Virus record (IMG/VR): IMGVR_UViG_3300005056_000001
Location: 1-64,000 of that record
Length of the DNA stretch: 64,000 nt
Strand: one strand, 5' to 3'
Position numbers and translations under genes: made by a program. Positions 38,105 to 48,097 of the stretch are shown here, in pieces. The notes under the pieces are model-generated. The model searched no databases. It was not told the origin of the DNA and saw only the letters and a program-made list of their open reading frames with translations. Each line of letters starts with the position of its first letter. Positions within the stretch are counted from its first letter, which is position 1.

Positions 38105-38698
38105 TTATCGAATTAAAATATTTGTGTTGTTACTCACCAAGTGTACATTTTCATATAACGTGCTAATCGTGAGTGTCAACGAACCATTAATAGTTTCGGA
38201 CGAGTTAGCATCAATCGTGACATCGTTGGCAACCGCATCAATTTTAATCACTTCAATACCCTGACCACCCTGACCGACTGCTGTCGATACATTGATCAAA
38301 ATAGGCCCACCCGTACAGTCACACTCTATAGACTCGTTCCATGTGGCCGAATAAGGAGAATCACCGCTATTCAGCGTAACAACAGTTTTGAGCGATTCTT
38401 TGCCTGTGATGGCGGTTTGGTTGTTGCCAATGTCGGTGACATTGGTTCCAATACTAACGCCGTTAGTTCCAATGTCCGTCGAATTGGTTTCGATATTATT
38501 TGCATTGGTTAAAATGGCTCCTGCATTTACAAGGATTGCTGCCTCGTTGGCGTTTGACAATGTGGCAACATCCTCCACAAAAGTTTTTATATTAGACCAA
38601 TTCGTGTCCAATGTTGCAGACGGCATTCTAAATGCAGGATTTAAATAGTCACCAATGTCGATTCTAAGGGTTACTGTTAGTGTTGTTGAAACTGCCAT
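38105..38698 (-). CDS. putative virion fibre protein
   Basis: Heptad I.TN..DI repeats then a beta-rich C-terminal domain (VTIDANSSETING). Confidence 0.55.
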   Translation of the reverse strand: MAVSTTLTVTLRIDIGDYLNPAFRMPSATLDTNWSNIKTFVEDVATLSNANEAAILVNAGAILTNANNIETNSTDIGTNGVSIGTNVTDIGNNQTAITGKESLKTVVTLNSGDSPYSATWNESIECDCTGGPILINVSTAVGQGGQGIEVIKIDAVANDVTIDANSSETINGSLTLTISTLYENVHLVSNNTNILIR

Positions 38699-38715
38699 GT
38701 TATGTTTATTTTGGG

Positions 38716-39819
38716 TTAGTCTGTGTAATTTTCGTCACTGTAATAGGTGTCCATATATGTACTTTCTTCTATTGGTGCACCCGTAATGTCTTTGTATGTG
38801 ATTGTAATGTCCATGTCTTTTGGGAATCCTTTTATTGTTCTATAGATTGCCAACGAATACACCTCGGTGTCTCCTGCCGACTCAAGGTCTTCCAATATCG
38901 TATACAATGTTCCGATCGGATTGTCCACTACTATGTCGTTTGTATTGACACCCTCGATCTGTTGGTGCATAATACTAGACATGAAGTGTAGGGCGTTTAT
39001 GTCTGTTCCTTCCAATGCCATATGGATTTCTTTTTGTGTCGGAACAGCAACAATAATTGTTGTTGGGACATCTTTTGGTATTGTATAGATTATCTCGCTT
39101 GGTAAAGGCACAACTACTTTTGTGAGTGCTTTTATTTCGCTTGGTGTGGTATATTCGGGTTCGCCACTTGTGGGCCCGAAATATGTATAGTAGGGCCAAA
39201 CACCGATTAAATCTATTTGTGCCGTATAAACGTCATCAAAAAATATCCCTGTCGGGTTCGGTGTTCCTGTGTTATCATTTTCTGTTGCGGCTCCCAAAAT
39301 GTCAACATTGACACTAAAATTATTTGTACCCTCCACAATTTGTTCGGTAAATATTAATGTCGATGGATTAATATTTACCGTTGTTGATGGTGTGTTGAAT
39401 TGAAACGGAAGAGCACCATCAAGACCCGTGGCATCGTTTAGTGTTACACTTGCCGATAATTGGTAGTTTGTTAATGTCAGACCTACCTCAAAGTGGTTAT
39501 CAACAATAGGCACCAATAAAGCATCATTTACCGTCAAGGCAACCGTTGGTAGTGTATACACAGGAGGAATTACACCAAAGAATATATTTGTCAATATCTC
39601 TAGTGCTGTTTGTGTGTCGATATCTGTTCCTACAGGAATGTTTCCTGCAAAATAATCGGTAACACGTGTTGTCGAAATTTGATTGGCCGCATTACTATCA
39701 ACATAATCCTTATTGGCAATATCGTCCCCTGCAACAGGAACACTAGGTACTTTTGCATTCTTGATTTTATTACCCCTAAAATCGTGGTTGTTTGAAATTG
39801 GAATATCCTTTTCGGCCAT
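38716..39819 (-). CDS. putative virion structural protein
   Basis: DFRGNKIKN...DIANKDYVD fibre-type motif; Thr/Val/Pro-rich beta content. Confidence 0.55.
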   Translation of the reverse strand: MAEKDIPISNNHDFRGNKIKNAKVPSVPVAGDDIANKDYVDSNAANQISTTRVTDYFAGNIPVGTDIDTQTALEILTNIFFGVIPPVYTLPTVALTVNDALLVPIVDNHFEVGLTLTNYQLSASVTLNDATGLDGALPFQFNTPSTTVNINPSTLIFTEQIVEGTNNFSVNVDILGAATENDNTGTPNPTGIFFDDVYTAQIDLIGVWPYYTYFGPTSGEPEYTTPSEIKALTKVVVPLPSEIIYTIPKDVPTTIIVAVPTQKEIHMALEGTDINALHFMSSIMHQQIEGVNTNDIVVDNPIGTLYTILEDLESAGDTEVYSLAIYRTIKGFPKDMDITITYKDITGAPIEESTYMDTYYSDENYTD

Positions 39820-39834
39820 TGTTACGTATGTTTA

Positions 39835-40374
39835 CTATTTTAATCTAATTTCGCCTGTTTCATTTTGTCCAAAATTGACGGTTACGGTTACGGCATCAGT
39901 GATCTCAACATGGGCACTTGTTGTGGTTAACGTGCCTGCAATGTCAATCAAAACCTCAACAGATGTCAGGTTTAGTGTGTGGGCAACCACCACCACATCG
40001 ACACCCGTAAATGGTTGTGTTAAAAATTCTTGTACTGTTTGTATAATCGCATATTTCTCGGGGTTTGTCAGGGGACTTTCGCCCACCAAGGCATCTACCG
40101 TGGTAATATAGAATGTTGTTCCGATACGTATGGCATTTCCAATAAAATACTGATTTAGTGGGTTGTACTCAAGAAAGTTTCCGATATCAATTTGTAGATC
40201 GCTCCAATGGATAGCGTTATCACCGACCTGTCCTGACTGTAGTCGGTATAGTTTGTCGGTGTCTGTCACCCATGCCAATTGGTCATTTAGCGGGAGAACA
40301 GCCCCACTGATCACATCCCCAACTATTTGGGCTATATTATCGGTGTATTGTAATATTTCTATGTTGCTTGCCAT
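39835..40374 (-). CDS. putative virion structural protein
   Basis: Beta-rich; first gene of a GTACATA-preceded operon. Confidence 0.55.
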   Translation of the reverse strand: MASNIEILQYTDNIAQIVGDVISGAVLPLNDQLAWVTDTDKLYRLQSGQVGDNAIHWSDLQIDIGNFLEYNPLNQYFIGNAIRIGTTFYITTVDALVGESPLTNPEKYAIIQTVQEFLTQPFTGVDVVVVAHTLNLTSVEVLIDIAGTLTTTSAHVEITDAVTVTVNFGQNETGEIRLK

Positions 40375-40410
40375 TTGTACAGAGTTGATTCAATTTGCGT
40401 TATATAATGT

Positions 40411-40818
40411 ATGTACAATTTCGATAAAGACCCGACAATAGCAGCCACCACCAAAGAAACTATGTGGCACCAAGGATACAACATCACGGATGATGTATTT
40501 AGGAGCACCCTACTGACTCACATAAACATGGCACACCACCAACAATATGAAAAAAAGTTGGCATTTGATTCGACAGGATTCAAGAGTCGGTGTGTTGTTT
40601 GTAAGGAGGACATGACTTTTAGGCCCGTATACAAAACTATTAGGGCTAGTATCTCAAGAATGGTCTGTGAAGGCTGTAAGGATGAACACCACCAAAAAAT
40701 GAAGGACGACGACTATGTTCAAAAAATGGTTGTTGTGTTGACAAACAGGAGCCTTGCAATGAGTAAAATTATTACTGCTAAAATATTCAATTTTTCATCC
40801 AATAAAGATTCAAAATGA
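40411..40818 (+). CDS. Zn-finger hypothetical protein (start uncertain)
   Basis: CVVC...CEGC; ATGA overlap with the RuvC-like gene. Confidence 0.6.
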   Translation: MYNFDKDPTIAATTKETMWHQGYNITDDVFRSTLLTHINMAHHQQYEKKLAFDSTGFKSRCVVCKEDMTFRPVYKTIRASISRMVCEGCKDEHHQKMKDDDYVQKMVVVLTNRSLAMSKIITAKIFNFSSNKDSK

Positions 40819-41444
40819 CATTAAAACCATTCAAGGGGAACCCGATAACAAGCACTCCACAAATAACACTAGGCATTGACCAATCCCTGACAAGCACAGG
40901 GATTTGTTTGCAGATATGTGGCACCAATTATATTGGGGTTATCCAACAAGACTATATGCGAATCGACGATATGTTCACAGGAATAGTACAGAAAGACACA
41001 GAAAAGGAGTCTCATGTGACGCTATTCAAGCATGAGCGTATCGAAAAACAAATTTTCGAAAGCGACACCTATATAAACCAAGTATTGATAGAAAACGGCC
41101 TAGACAAGTCCGACATCAAGGAAATTCGCATGGAGTCTTTGGCGATGAGTATGGTTTCACAGGGTTCTATTATTGATCTTGCCTTTGTTATCGACTCCTA
41201 TATAAACTACTTCAGGCGTGAATATCCGTCTGTAAGGCTACGCCTAGTGTCTGCAAAAACAGTCAAAAAGGATTATATTGGTTCCCAAAAGAAAAAGAAG
41301 AAAGGCGATCCTAAAATACATCCCAAAGAAAAGATGCTAGAAAAGTTCAACAAGGAATTTGGCACTAAAATGGCCACAAGAACCACAAAAAACCCTGACG
41401 AGGACGGTGTTGATTGTTATGTTTTGGCAAATAAGATCGTTTAA
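40815..41444 (+). CDS. RuvC-like Holliday junction resolvase
   Basis: LGIDQSLTSTG, catalytic Glu in IRMES, SAKTVKK, DEDGVD. Confidence 0.8.
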   Translation: MTLKPFKGNPITSTPQITLGIDQSLTSTGICLQICGTNYIGVIQQDYMRIDDMFTGIVQKDTEKESHVTLFKHERIEKQIFESDTYINQVLIENGLDKSDIKEIRMESLAMSMVSQGSIIDLAFVIDSYINYFRREYPSVRLRLVSAKTVKKDYIGSQKKKKKGDPKIHPKEKMLEKFNKEFGTKMATRTTKNPDEDGVDCYVLANKIV

Positions 41445-41558
41445 TTTCGATTTATTTTTCGGAGTCTCGGACAGACATTGGTTTTTTGGCGTTTTAATAT
41501 TAGCGGGTCAATTACAGGGCTCCATTCATAACATTCATAACATTAAAATATTCTTAAG

Positions 41559-42626
41559 ATGAATTTTTTCAAAAAAGGAAGAAAGGTTGCAAGTGCAGAT
41601 GATTACAAGAAAAGAGAAGAAGAAGCCGCAAAGAGCGACTTTGATGGTGTCTCTTGGAAAGACTCTGCCATCGAATTAAATTTTGGTGAAGAAATTGGAC
41701 TGCGTATCATTGGTGCCGCATTCGAGGGCGAAGATTTTGACGAAGAATTGTGTAATTACCACCACTTTGTTGAACACAAATCTTGCTATGCAGTAGGAGG
41801 ATTTGTTGATGGTCACAATCCTAGATACTATTCCACAAAAACCAATATTAAGACATCAGGAACAGAACCGCCTGCAAGAGCCTTCAAAAAGGTATGGGAC
41901 AAATGGGGCAAGGACTCTGTTCAATTGACACAATTCCAAGAAGTATTGGCACTCAGAGCACACCGAATGTATTGGGTTCAGGTTGTCGAATCAAAATTGG
42001 AAAAGTATCCTGTTGGGAGCATTTTCCGTTTTGCCTGTCCTAGAGACAAGGAAAAGAAATATTGGATGAGTCAATTATTGGACGGTGCAGCAAACCAAAA
42101 GCTAAACTCTTACGACCCATACGAAACCTATGCTGTCCACCCTCTTACAATCGCATGTACTAAAGGTGACCATGGTCGTGACTTTTCTACCTCAAAAATT
42201 GAATACCAATTACCTATGCTAGGTTATTTAGTTTCAAAAGAAATTGTAGAAAAAGTTGGCGGTAAATTTGTGCCATATGTTGATTACAACAAAACCACGT
42301 TCGAGGAATACCACAACGTCGTTCTGACGGACAAGTTAGACGACAAGGCATGGGAATGGTTGGCAATGCAAGAATTCATGAAACAACTATATGCAAACGA
42401 GGCAATAACGCTTGTTCCAAAGAACGGCGAAGAGCTCGAAACGTATGTTGTTGATTTATGCGAAACAATCAAAGACCTTTCGTTTTTCAAGGTTGACGAG
42501 GGTGAGGATATCGGAGATGATTCTGCAAGTGCCTACTTGGATGAAGACAAGAAGACGGATGCAACAACAACAGCCGCCACAACAACAACAGACGATGATG
42601 ACACAGGAGATGATTTGCCTTTCTAA
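41559..42626 (+). CDS. single-stranded DNA-binding protein (gp32-like)
   Basis: Aromatic-rich core; long acidic tail ending DDLPF; replication context. Confidence 0.65.
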   Translation: MNFFKKGRKVASADDYKKREEEAAKSDFDGVSWKDSAIELNFGEEIGLRIIGAAFEGEDFDEELCNYHHFVEHKSCYAVGGFVDGHNPRYYSTKTNIKTSGTEPPARAFKKVWDKWGKDSVQLTQFQEVLALRAHRMYWVQVVESKLEKYPVGSIFRFACPRDKEKKYWMSQLLDGAANQKLNSYDPYETYAVHPLTIACTKGDHGRDFSTSKIEYQLPMLGYLVSKEIVEKVGGKFVPYVDYNKTTFEEYHNVVLTDKLDDKAWEWLAMQEFMKQLYANEAITLVPKNGEELETYVVDLCETIKDLSFFKVDEGEDIGDDSASAYLDEDKKTDATTTAATTTTDDDDTGDDLPF

Positions 42627-42644
42627 CCAACAAGTTTTATCACA

Positions 42645-42687
42645 CAAAAAAAAAGATTGCAAATTAATTTGCAATCTTTTTTGTTTT
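42645..42687 (+). terminator. intrinsic terminator
   Basis: aaaaaagattgcaaat-ta-atttgcaatctttttt inverted repeat. Confidence 0.8.
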
Positions 42688-42758
42688 TACGCAAATTAGT
42701 GCTATTTTTGTAGAACACTACAGAAAGGATCTGTAACATACCCAAAAATAAGAACCGT

Positions 42759-43625
42759 ATGAACAATTCTGTTAAAAATAGCAATGGTACTATCCCACTA
42801 AAGGAACAAATAGCTTCCATAAGAAAAGTACTTACACAAGAAAATGTAAGACAGTCATTGGCGTTGGGCAAGCGACACGAAAACAAAGACCTGACCTCTG
42901 ATTTGTATACCTATGCCACATTCAGACTAGACAAATGGAAACCGACGGTCATCGACGGGAACCTAGAAGATACAGAGGTTATCATTAAGTTTTGGACAAA
43001 ACTCTTGTCTGATGGCGTAAAAAAAATACTAAGGCTCCAAACCTACCTGCCAACACTCCAAAAAATTGCGCTTGAAAACTCTCAACGTGCGGCCAAGACA
43101 TATATCATAAGATATAGAGTGCGTGACCTGACCTCTGATTTGTACCTATTGGCAATGAGCAGGCTCGGACGTAATTGGTTCCCGCCACCAACAGATTTGG
43201 AGGGTATCTCAAAGGCTTGGGGTGCATACCTAATATCATCATTCAGACATGTTATCGACACCGAACTCAAGGACGATGTCATAAAAAAATGTTCCAAGAA
43301 CGGAGAAACGTTTACTCTCATAAAACAATTCGAGGACGGATTTCCTGATTGGTTCGAGGGTTCAAGTCAAAAAAGAAATACCAAGGGGTTTAACGACATT
43401 TTGGATATCCTCAAAAAAGAGCTGACCACCATAGAATATGGTGTGTTACTAATGAGGAGCAAGATATTCCTGAAGCAAATGACTTTTGACAGCATTGCCG
43501 AATGGTTCAACAACAACCCTGCATTTTGGCATCTTGACATGACAAAGAGTAAGGTACACTCTTGCTTTAAAAAGGCCCAAATAAAGGCCCAAAAAGTACT
43601 AACAGAAGAAGGTTGCACACTTTAA
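42759..43625 (+). CDS. sigma-70-like factor, paralog A (duplicated sigma2-like segment)
   Basis: DLTSDLY x2; AWGAYL..SFR; sigma4-like LTTIEY..LLMR...MTFDSIAE...TKSKVHSCFKKA..K. Confidence 0.6.
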   Translation: MNNSVKNSNGTIPLKEQIASIRKVLTQENVRQSLALGKRHENKDLTSDLYTYATFRLDKWKPTVIDGNLEDTEVIIKFWTKLLSDGVKKILRLQTYLPTLQKIALENSQRAAKTYIIRYRVRDLTSDLYLLAMSRLGRNWFPPPTDLEGISKAWGAYLISSFRHVIDTELKDDVIKKCSKNGETFTLIKQFEDGFPDWFEGSSQKRNTKGFNDILDILKKELTTIEYGVLLMRSKIFLKQMTFDSIAEWFNNNPAFWHLDMTKSKVHSCFKKAQIKAQKVLTEEGCTL

Positions 43626-43634
43626 ACTAAGACA

Positions 43635-44429
43635 ATGGTTATAGAACAAATAGACATGTCCGAGGTAAAGGACATGTTAAATTCTCGGGTCATCAAGCAC
43701 ACGACAGCCCTGACTAAATCCTGTGGTGACATGTTTGGCACAAAGTTATATGAGATAGCCAACAACGAGGCACAAGAATGGATAGAACAGCACAAAAATT
43801 TATCACCAAGCGATTTGTATGTGTTGTGGGAAAAAAGACTTTCGTGTCATTCTGACAAAATTTCTAGCGTACACAAAGTATTTCCTGTTCTAAAAGAAAT
43901 AGCGATCGAGATGTGTACCTATTATGGCAACCACTATAATATAAATTATAATTATGGCGACCTAACAAGCGAATTATACATCTTGGCAATGAGCAGACTT
44001 GCCCGAAAATGGTTTCTGCCACAGGACAACATCGAGGGTATAAAGAAGGCATGGCGGGCCTACCTAAGAGATTCGTTTCGTTCGGTTCTCAAAACGGAGA
44101 GTAAAAGTGGTGTTATACCCACACACATGAGAAATGGCGAGTACTTTAGTCCAATGAAGGATTTTTCGGACGGGCTGCCTGATTGGATTTCTTTCGAGAA
44201 CCCTTCATCGGATAACGGGTACATTAACGATATGTTACAATTATTCAAGAATGTGCTGAGTCCCAATGAGTACACAATTTTAATAATGAGAACAGGAATA
44301 TATTTCCCGATAATGAAATACCAACACATTAGCGATTGTTTGTCGGAAATCGACAACAAGGAGTACACAAAAGGATACATCCATTATGTTTATAAAACAG
44401 CCTGTAAAAAATGTGTTAAATATTTATAA
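43635..44429 (+). CDS. sigma-70-like factor, paralog B
   Basis: DLTSELYILAMSRL, AWRAYL..SFR, LSPNEY.ILIMR...MKYQHISD...TKGYIH..YKTA.KK. Confidence 0.6.
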   Translation: MVIEQIDMSEVKDMLNSRVIKHTTALTKSCGDMFGTKLYEIANNEAQEWIEQHKNLSPSDLYVLWEKRLSCHSDKISSVHKVFPVLKEIAIEMCTYYGNHYNINYNYGDLTSELYILAMSRLARKWFLPQDNIEGIKKAWRAYLRDSFRSVLKTESKSGVIPTHMRNGEYFSPMKDFSDGLPDWISFENPSSDNGYINDMLQLFKNVLSPNEYTILIMRTGIYFPIMKYQHISDCLSEIDNKEYTKGYIHYVYKTACKKCVKYL

Positions 44430-44430
44430 T

Positions 44431-44718
44431 CTACACATCCATGAACATTTTTTCATAGTCGCCCTCGGATATCATATTGTTTTTTAACTTCCCCAAACTT
44501 CTGTAGGCGTTGTCCAATCTTTTTTTGGAGAACAAAAGCTTCTTTCTGACACGGTCGATAGATTTGCATTGGAGCCTTGTTATTTTTGTTAGGTCGCCAT
44601 CCAAACCCTCAAACATATCAAGCGTTTCTGTTGCAAGTAATCTGATTTCTTCGCATAAGAATTCTGCATCACGATAGGCATCGTTTTGTTCCTGTGGTGT
44701 AAGATTCTTTTTTGCCAT
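44431..44718 (-). CDS. hypothetical protein
   Basis: ORF. Confidence 0.65.
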   Translation of the reverse strand: MAKKNLTPQEQNDAYRDAEFLCEEIRLLATETLDMFEGLDGDLTKITRLQCKSIDRVRKKLLFSKKRLDNAYRSLGKLKNNMISEGDYEKMFMDV

Positions 44719-44726
44719 ACATCTCT

Positions 44727-46148
44727 TTAATTTATCGGTAATGATTGATTGCTAGATTGTGCCCAAACCGAAGGGAATAACGGAAGTAATACAATTGTTT
44801 CGGGAAGCAATGCTGTCCCGTCAGAATTTCCATACGTATAATAATGATTCAGCAAGTCATTCAATGCGATCACAATGTCCTCCACACTATCTTTTGATAT
44901 AGAAAAGTCAAACAATTGGTAATTTTCGAGGACAAACTTGTATCTGTCGTATATAAATTTTGTGTTAATAAATCCAAGACCCTCGGTGCTTAGCCAAAAC
45001 TTTGGATCCGTGAACAAAACAACGACCTCATCAAAGACCTCTGTTTTCATTAACGTTAAAGTTCTTTCAATGTATGTCGGCGAATATCCAACATCGGCAT
45101 CCAATATTTGTTGACAGTACTGTCTGAGAAAAGGATATGCCGTTGTTACAGGCGTAGAAAGTAGCTGTGTGGCTATTGTTATAGAGAGGCTATACAAATC
45201 ATCCAAGCTAAAAATCGTAAGCGATTGTGCCACATTTAGGGCAATTGCCTCTTCAACCGACAAATCTATAACAACACTCTCAATGTCTGCCGCCAATACA
45301 TCCACACCAATAACATCAAAATCAATCCCTGCATTACCAAGCGCAGTCTGTAGGGTTGCCGAGTCTGTAAACGATTCGAACTCTGATTGTATCACACCCA
45401 CCGCCGTATCAAAGGTTGCCTGATTGGGCAATGGTATAACAATATCGGTACTCATCAATGCATACAAATCAACCAACTCCGACGGGTTTATCACAGATAC
45501 AACCTCTGTTCCAAATTGCGACGAGTCCTCCACAACACGGTAAAACAAAAAATTGACATTAAAATCAGGATAAGAAACCCAATCCGAGCCCCCAATCCCA
45601 TCGCCCCATCCAACGATATAGTAGGCAAACCCTGTGCTCATCAATGATGTTGCCAATCCAACAGGAATGTTGCCATTAATACTTGCCACATCCTGAAATT
45701 CAGGAAACACATCCCCCGAAAACACAACAGTCTGATAGTTTGAATTGACAATTAAATCAACAATAGTTATCGAATAAATATCATGCCCCTCCTTTGCTTG
45801 TTGTCCGACCAAGCCATCAACACCATTGGCAGCTATTCCGTTAACCAACGGGAATTTACCCGCATATGGCGTGGTTTGTGACAGGTTATATTGATATACA
45901 GTTTGGTCACCATTTTCTGCCGTGACTGTTATTGACGAGGCTATTCCGTTAACAACAACCGATGCCTTGGCGTCGATTTGAAAATTCAGATTCGCAATAT
46001 CCTCTATCGTGAATAAAATAATTTCAATCGGGTCTGTTGAGGGAATAGGAAAATAAAAATTTACATTATTCCGAAGCATATAAACAGACTTCAATGTGCT
46101 GTCCGTTGAAATTATTCCTGATGACGGGTCTACTAATTTTATAAGCAT
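44727..46148 (-). CDS. putative virion protein
   Basis: Acidic protein; start MLIKLV 15 nt after GTACATA. Confidence 0.6.
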   Translation of the reverse strand: MLIKLVDPSSGIISTDSTLKSVYMLRNNVNFYFPIPSTDPIEIILFTIEDIANLNFQIDAKASVVVNGIASSITVTAENGDQTVYQYNLSQTTPYAGKFPLVNGIAANGVDGLVGQQAKEGHDIYSITIVDLIVNSNYQTVVFSGDVFPEFQDVASINGNIPVGLATSLMSTGFAYYIVGWGDGIGGSDWVSYPDFNVNFLFYRVVEDSSQFGTEVVSVINPSELVDLYALMSTDIVIPLPNQATFDTAVGVIQSEFESFTDSATLQTALGNAGIDFDVIGVDVLAADIESVVIDLSVEEAIALNVAQSLTIFSLDDLYSLSITIATQLLSTPVTTAYPFLRQYCQQILDADVGYSPTYIERTLTLMKTEVFDEVVVLFTDPKFWLSTEGLGFINTKFIYDRYKFVLENYQLFDFSISKDSVEDIVIALNDLLNHYYTYGNSDGTALLPETIVLLPLFPSVWAQSSNQSLPIN

Positions 46149-46229
46149 AAGGCTGTTTTCTAATATGTACAAAAATGCCCAACCAAAAGGGTCGGGCACA
46201 TTATAAAAGTTGTTATGTTAGGTGTTTTC

Positions 46230-47984
46230 TTAGGTAGCCATGGTACGTGCCAACCTTACAATCGACTCCTTTCCGAATTCCATAATAAAAAAGTGCTTGT
46301 CCCAATAGTAATCTGTAACATCGTAAATGTCCACATATGTAATAAAAGATGGCTTTATTTCATGCAATTTTAACTCACCCTTTCCTTCAATAAATGGCGT
46401 GCCATTGTCAAGGCCCATATTATTTATTGTGGCCCCGATATAACTTTGCTTACCCTTAACTCTTGGAAGAGTGATATGCAATCGCACAGCTTCACCCAAA
46501 AAGTTGTCGAAAAGTATATCATACAGACCTGTTCGGTATTCCATACTCTCTGTTAATTGTACCCGTTTCTCGCTCGTTGTTAATTGTACCCGTTTCATTC
46601 TTTCTAATAGTTTTTTTGATATTTTATCGAATCTGATTCCGTTATTTCCAAGTGCCACTTGATATGCCCTGACAATATCCTGTAGTGTAGGGATGGCAAC
46701 CGACTTAAAATTGTAATATCCTATATATTCCACACTTTCCTCGGTTCTTATGACCAAGGTTGATTTGTTTTGATTATACACGATTTTTTCATATGTCTCT
46801 TCATACATAGAACCGTCCATCCAACTATGCCCAACAACAGGAATCGTGTTTCCGTCTTTTATGGCCAATCCAATTAAATAGTTGGCATAGGACATAAGTG
46901 CCAATGTTTTACTTTTTGAATGATCACTGTCAAACCCCTCAAACATACCCCTACCCCCAAAATCATCATCCAAAGAAGGTGCCCTACTTGGTGTTTGGTT
47001 TATTTGGGCCATCCCCTCGTCCATGACCTCGTCATACCACTTGATGAATTCTATCTTATTCTTTGTCTTAAAGTTGTCGATAACACCATCCATAATCATT
47101 CTTCCTGTCATGAATTGGTCAAATTCGGGAGCATTCATTTCCTCTGCTGCTGCCGTCAGGTTCATGTGTATCATTTGGAAAGCAACAAACAGTTCTGATG
47201 TTGGCCAAATCTTACCAAGATCATCCAAGCCTTTTCTTTCGGCCTTTGTGAGTTCTTGTTCCAATACCTTTTTAATTGCAGAAATGATTATGTCGAACCG
47301 TTCGACCTCACTCAAGGGTTTTCTTGGCATTTCCTTTTCGATGGTTTTTAGGCCACGGTGATAACCACTCAGAACAGACATTTTGTCGAAGTCGCTCATG
47401 TCGTTGGCAAAACCATCCATGATAAGCTCGAGTATATAGGATTTTTTGTGTGGCTTCTTTGAGTATTGGTTAAAGTACGAAGTAAATTCCCCGTATGCCA
47501 CAAAATTTTCAATCTCAAGGTAATCCTCGAAGTCGCCTTTTCTTGTTTGTTTAAGCGCAGTCCTAAGCCCCTTCTGTAGATCATTTAACATGTCCTCGAA
47601 TTCCCTTTTAAGGTCTTTACCCTCAAACAATCCTCGAAGTCTATGACACACAACAGATTCTTGTATCATTTTTCGGTCAGTAAGAGCCTTGGTAAGTCGT
47701 GGTTTGGTTTGATTCAATTCGACCATAAAGCCTCTTTTTGATTTATCATCGAATCCATGACCAAGCAAATCAAGAAGTAATGCGGTGTCGTACTCAGACG
47801 AGAAAATCCGTGTATTAGAGTCCTCCACAAATTTAGAAAATATAATGACGTCTTCAATATTCCCCAAATTAAACATAACATCAATGACCGTTCTTGGAAC
47901 CCTAGACCGTTCAACGATTTTTAATGATTTTTTTATAGCCCTCTTGAGCGATTCGTATTTTTGGTTGAATTCCTGTACTAGCAT
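46230..47984 (-). CDS. putative internal head protein
   Basis: Repeated helical domains separated by xxE(S/G) sites; internal MKRVQLT..EKRVQLTES. Confidence 0.55.
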   Translation of the reverse strand: MLVQEFNQKYESLKRAIKKSLKIVERSRVPRTVIDVMFNLGNIEDVIIFSKFVEDSNTRIFSSEYDTALLLDLLGHGFDDKSKRGFMVELNQTKPRLTKALTDRKMIQESVVCHRLRGLFEGKDLKREFEDMLNDLQKGLRTALKQTRKGDFEDYLEIENFVAYGEFTSYFNQYSKKPHKKSYILELIMDGFANDMSDFDKMSVLSGYHRGLKTIEKEMPRKPLSEVERFDIIISAIKKVLEQELTKAERKGLDDLGKIWPTSELFVAFQMIHMNLTAAAEEMNAPEFDQFMTGRMIMDGVIDNFKTKNKIEFIKWYDEVMDEGMAQINQTPSRAPSLDDDFGGRGMFEGFDSDHSKSKTLALMSYANYLIGLAIKDGNTIPVVGHSWMDGSMYEETYEKIVYNQNKSTLVIRTEESVEYIGYYNFKSVAIPTLQDIVRAYQVALGNNGIRFDKISKKLLERMKRVQLTTSEKRVQLTESMEYRTGLYDILFDNFLGEAVRLHITLPRVKGKQSYIGATINNMGLDNGTPFIEGKGELKLHEIKPSFITYVDIYDVTDYYWDKHFFIMEFGKESIVRLARTMAT

Positions 47985-48031
47985 TTGTTTGTTTTAGTCA
48001 TGTTATGGGTTAACGTTTATGGTATATGTAC

Positions 48032-48073
48032 AAAAAACCTAAACCCCTCGAATTCGAGGGGTTTAGGTTTTTT
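48032..48073. terminator. intrinsic terminator
   Basis: aaaaaacctaaacccctcgaa/ttcgaggggtttaggttttt perfect palindrome. Confidence 0.8.
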
Positions 48074-48097
48074 ACAGACAACGTATTTTCTTGCAGA

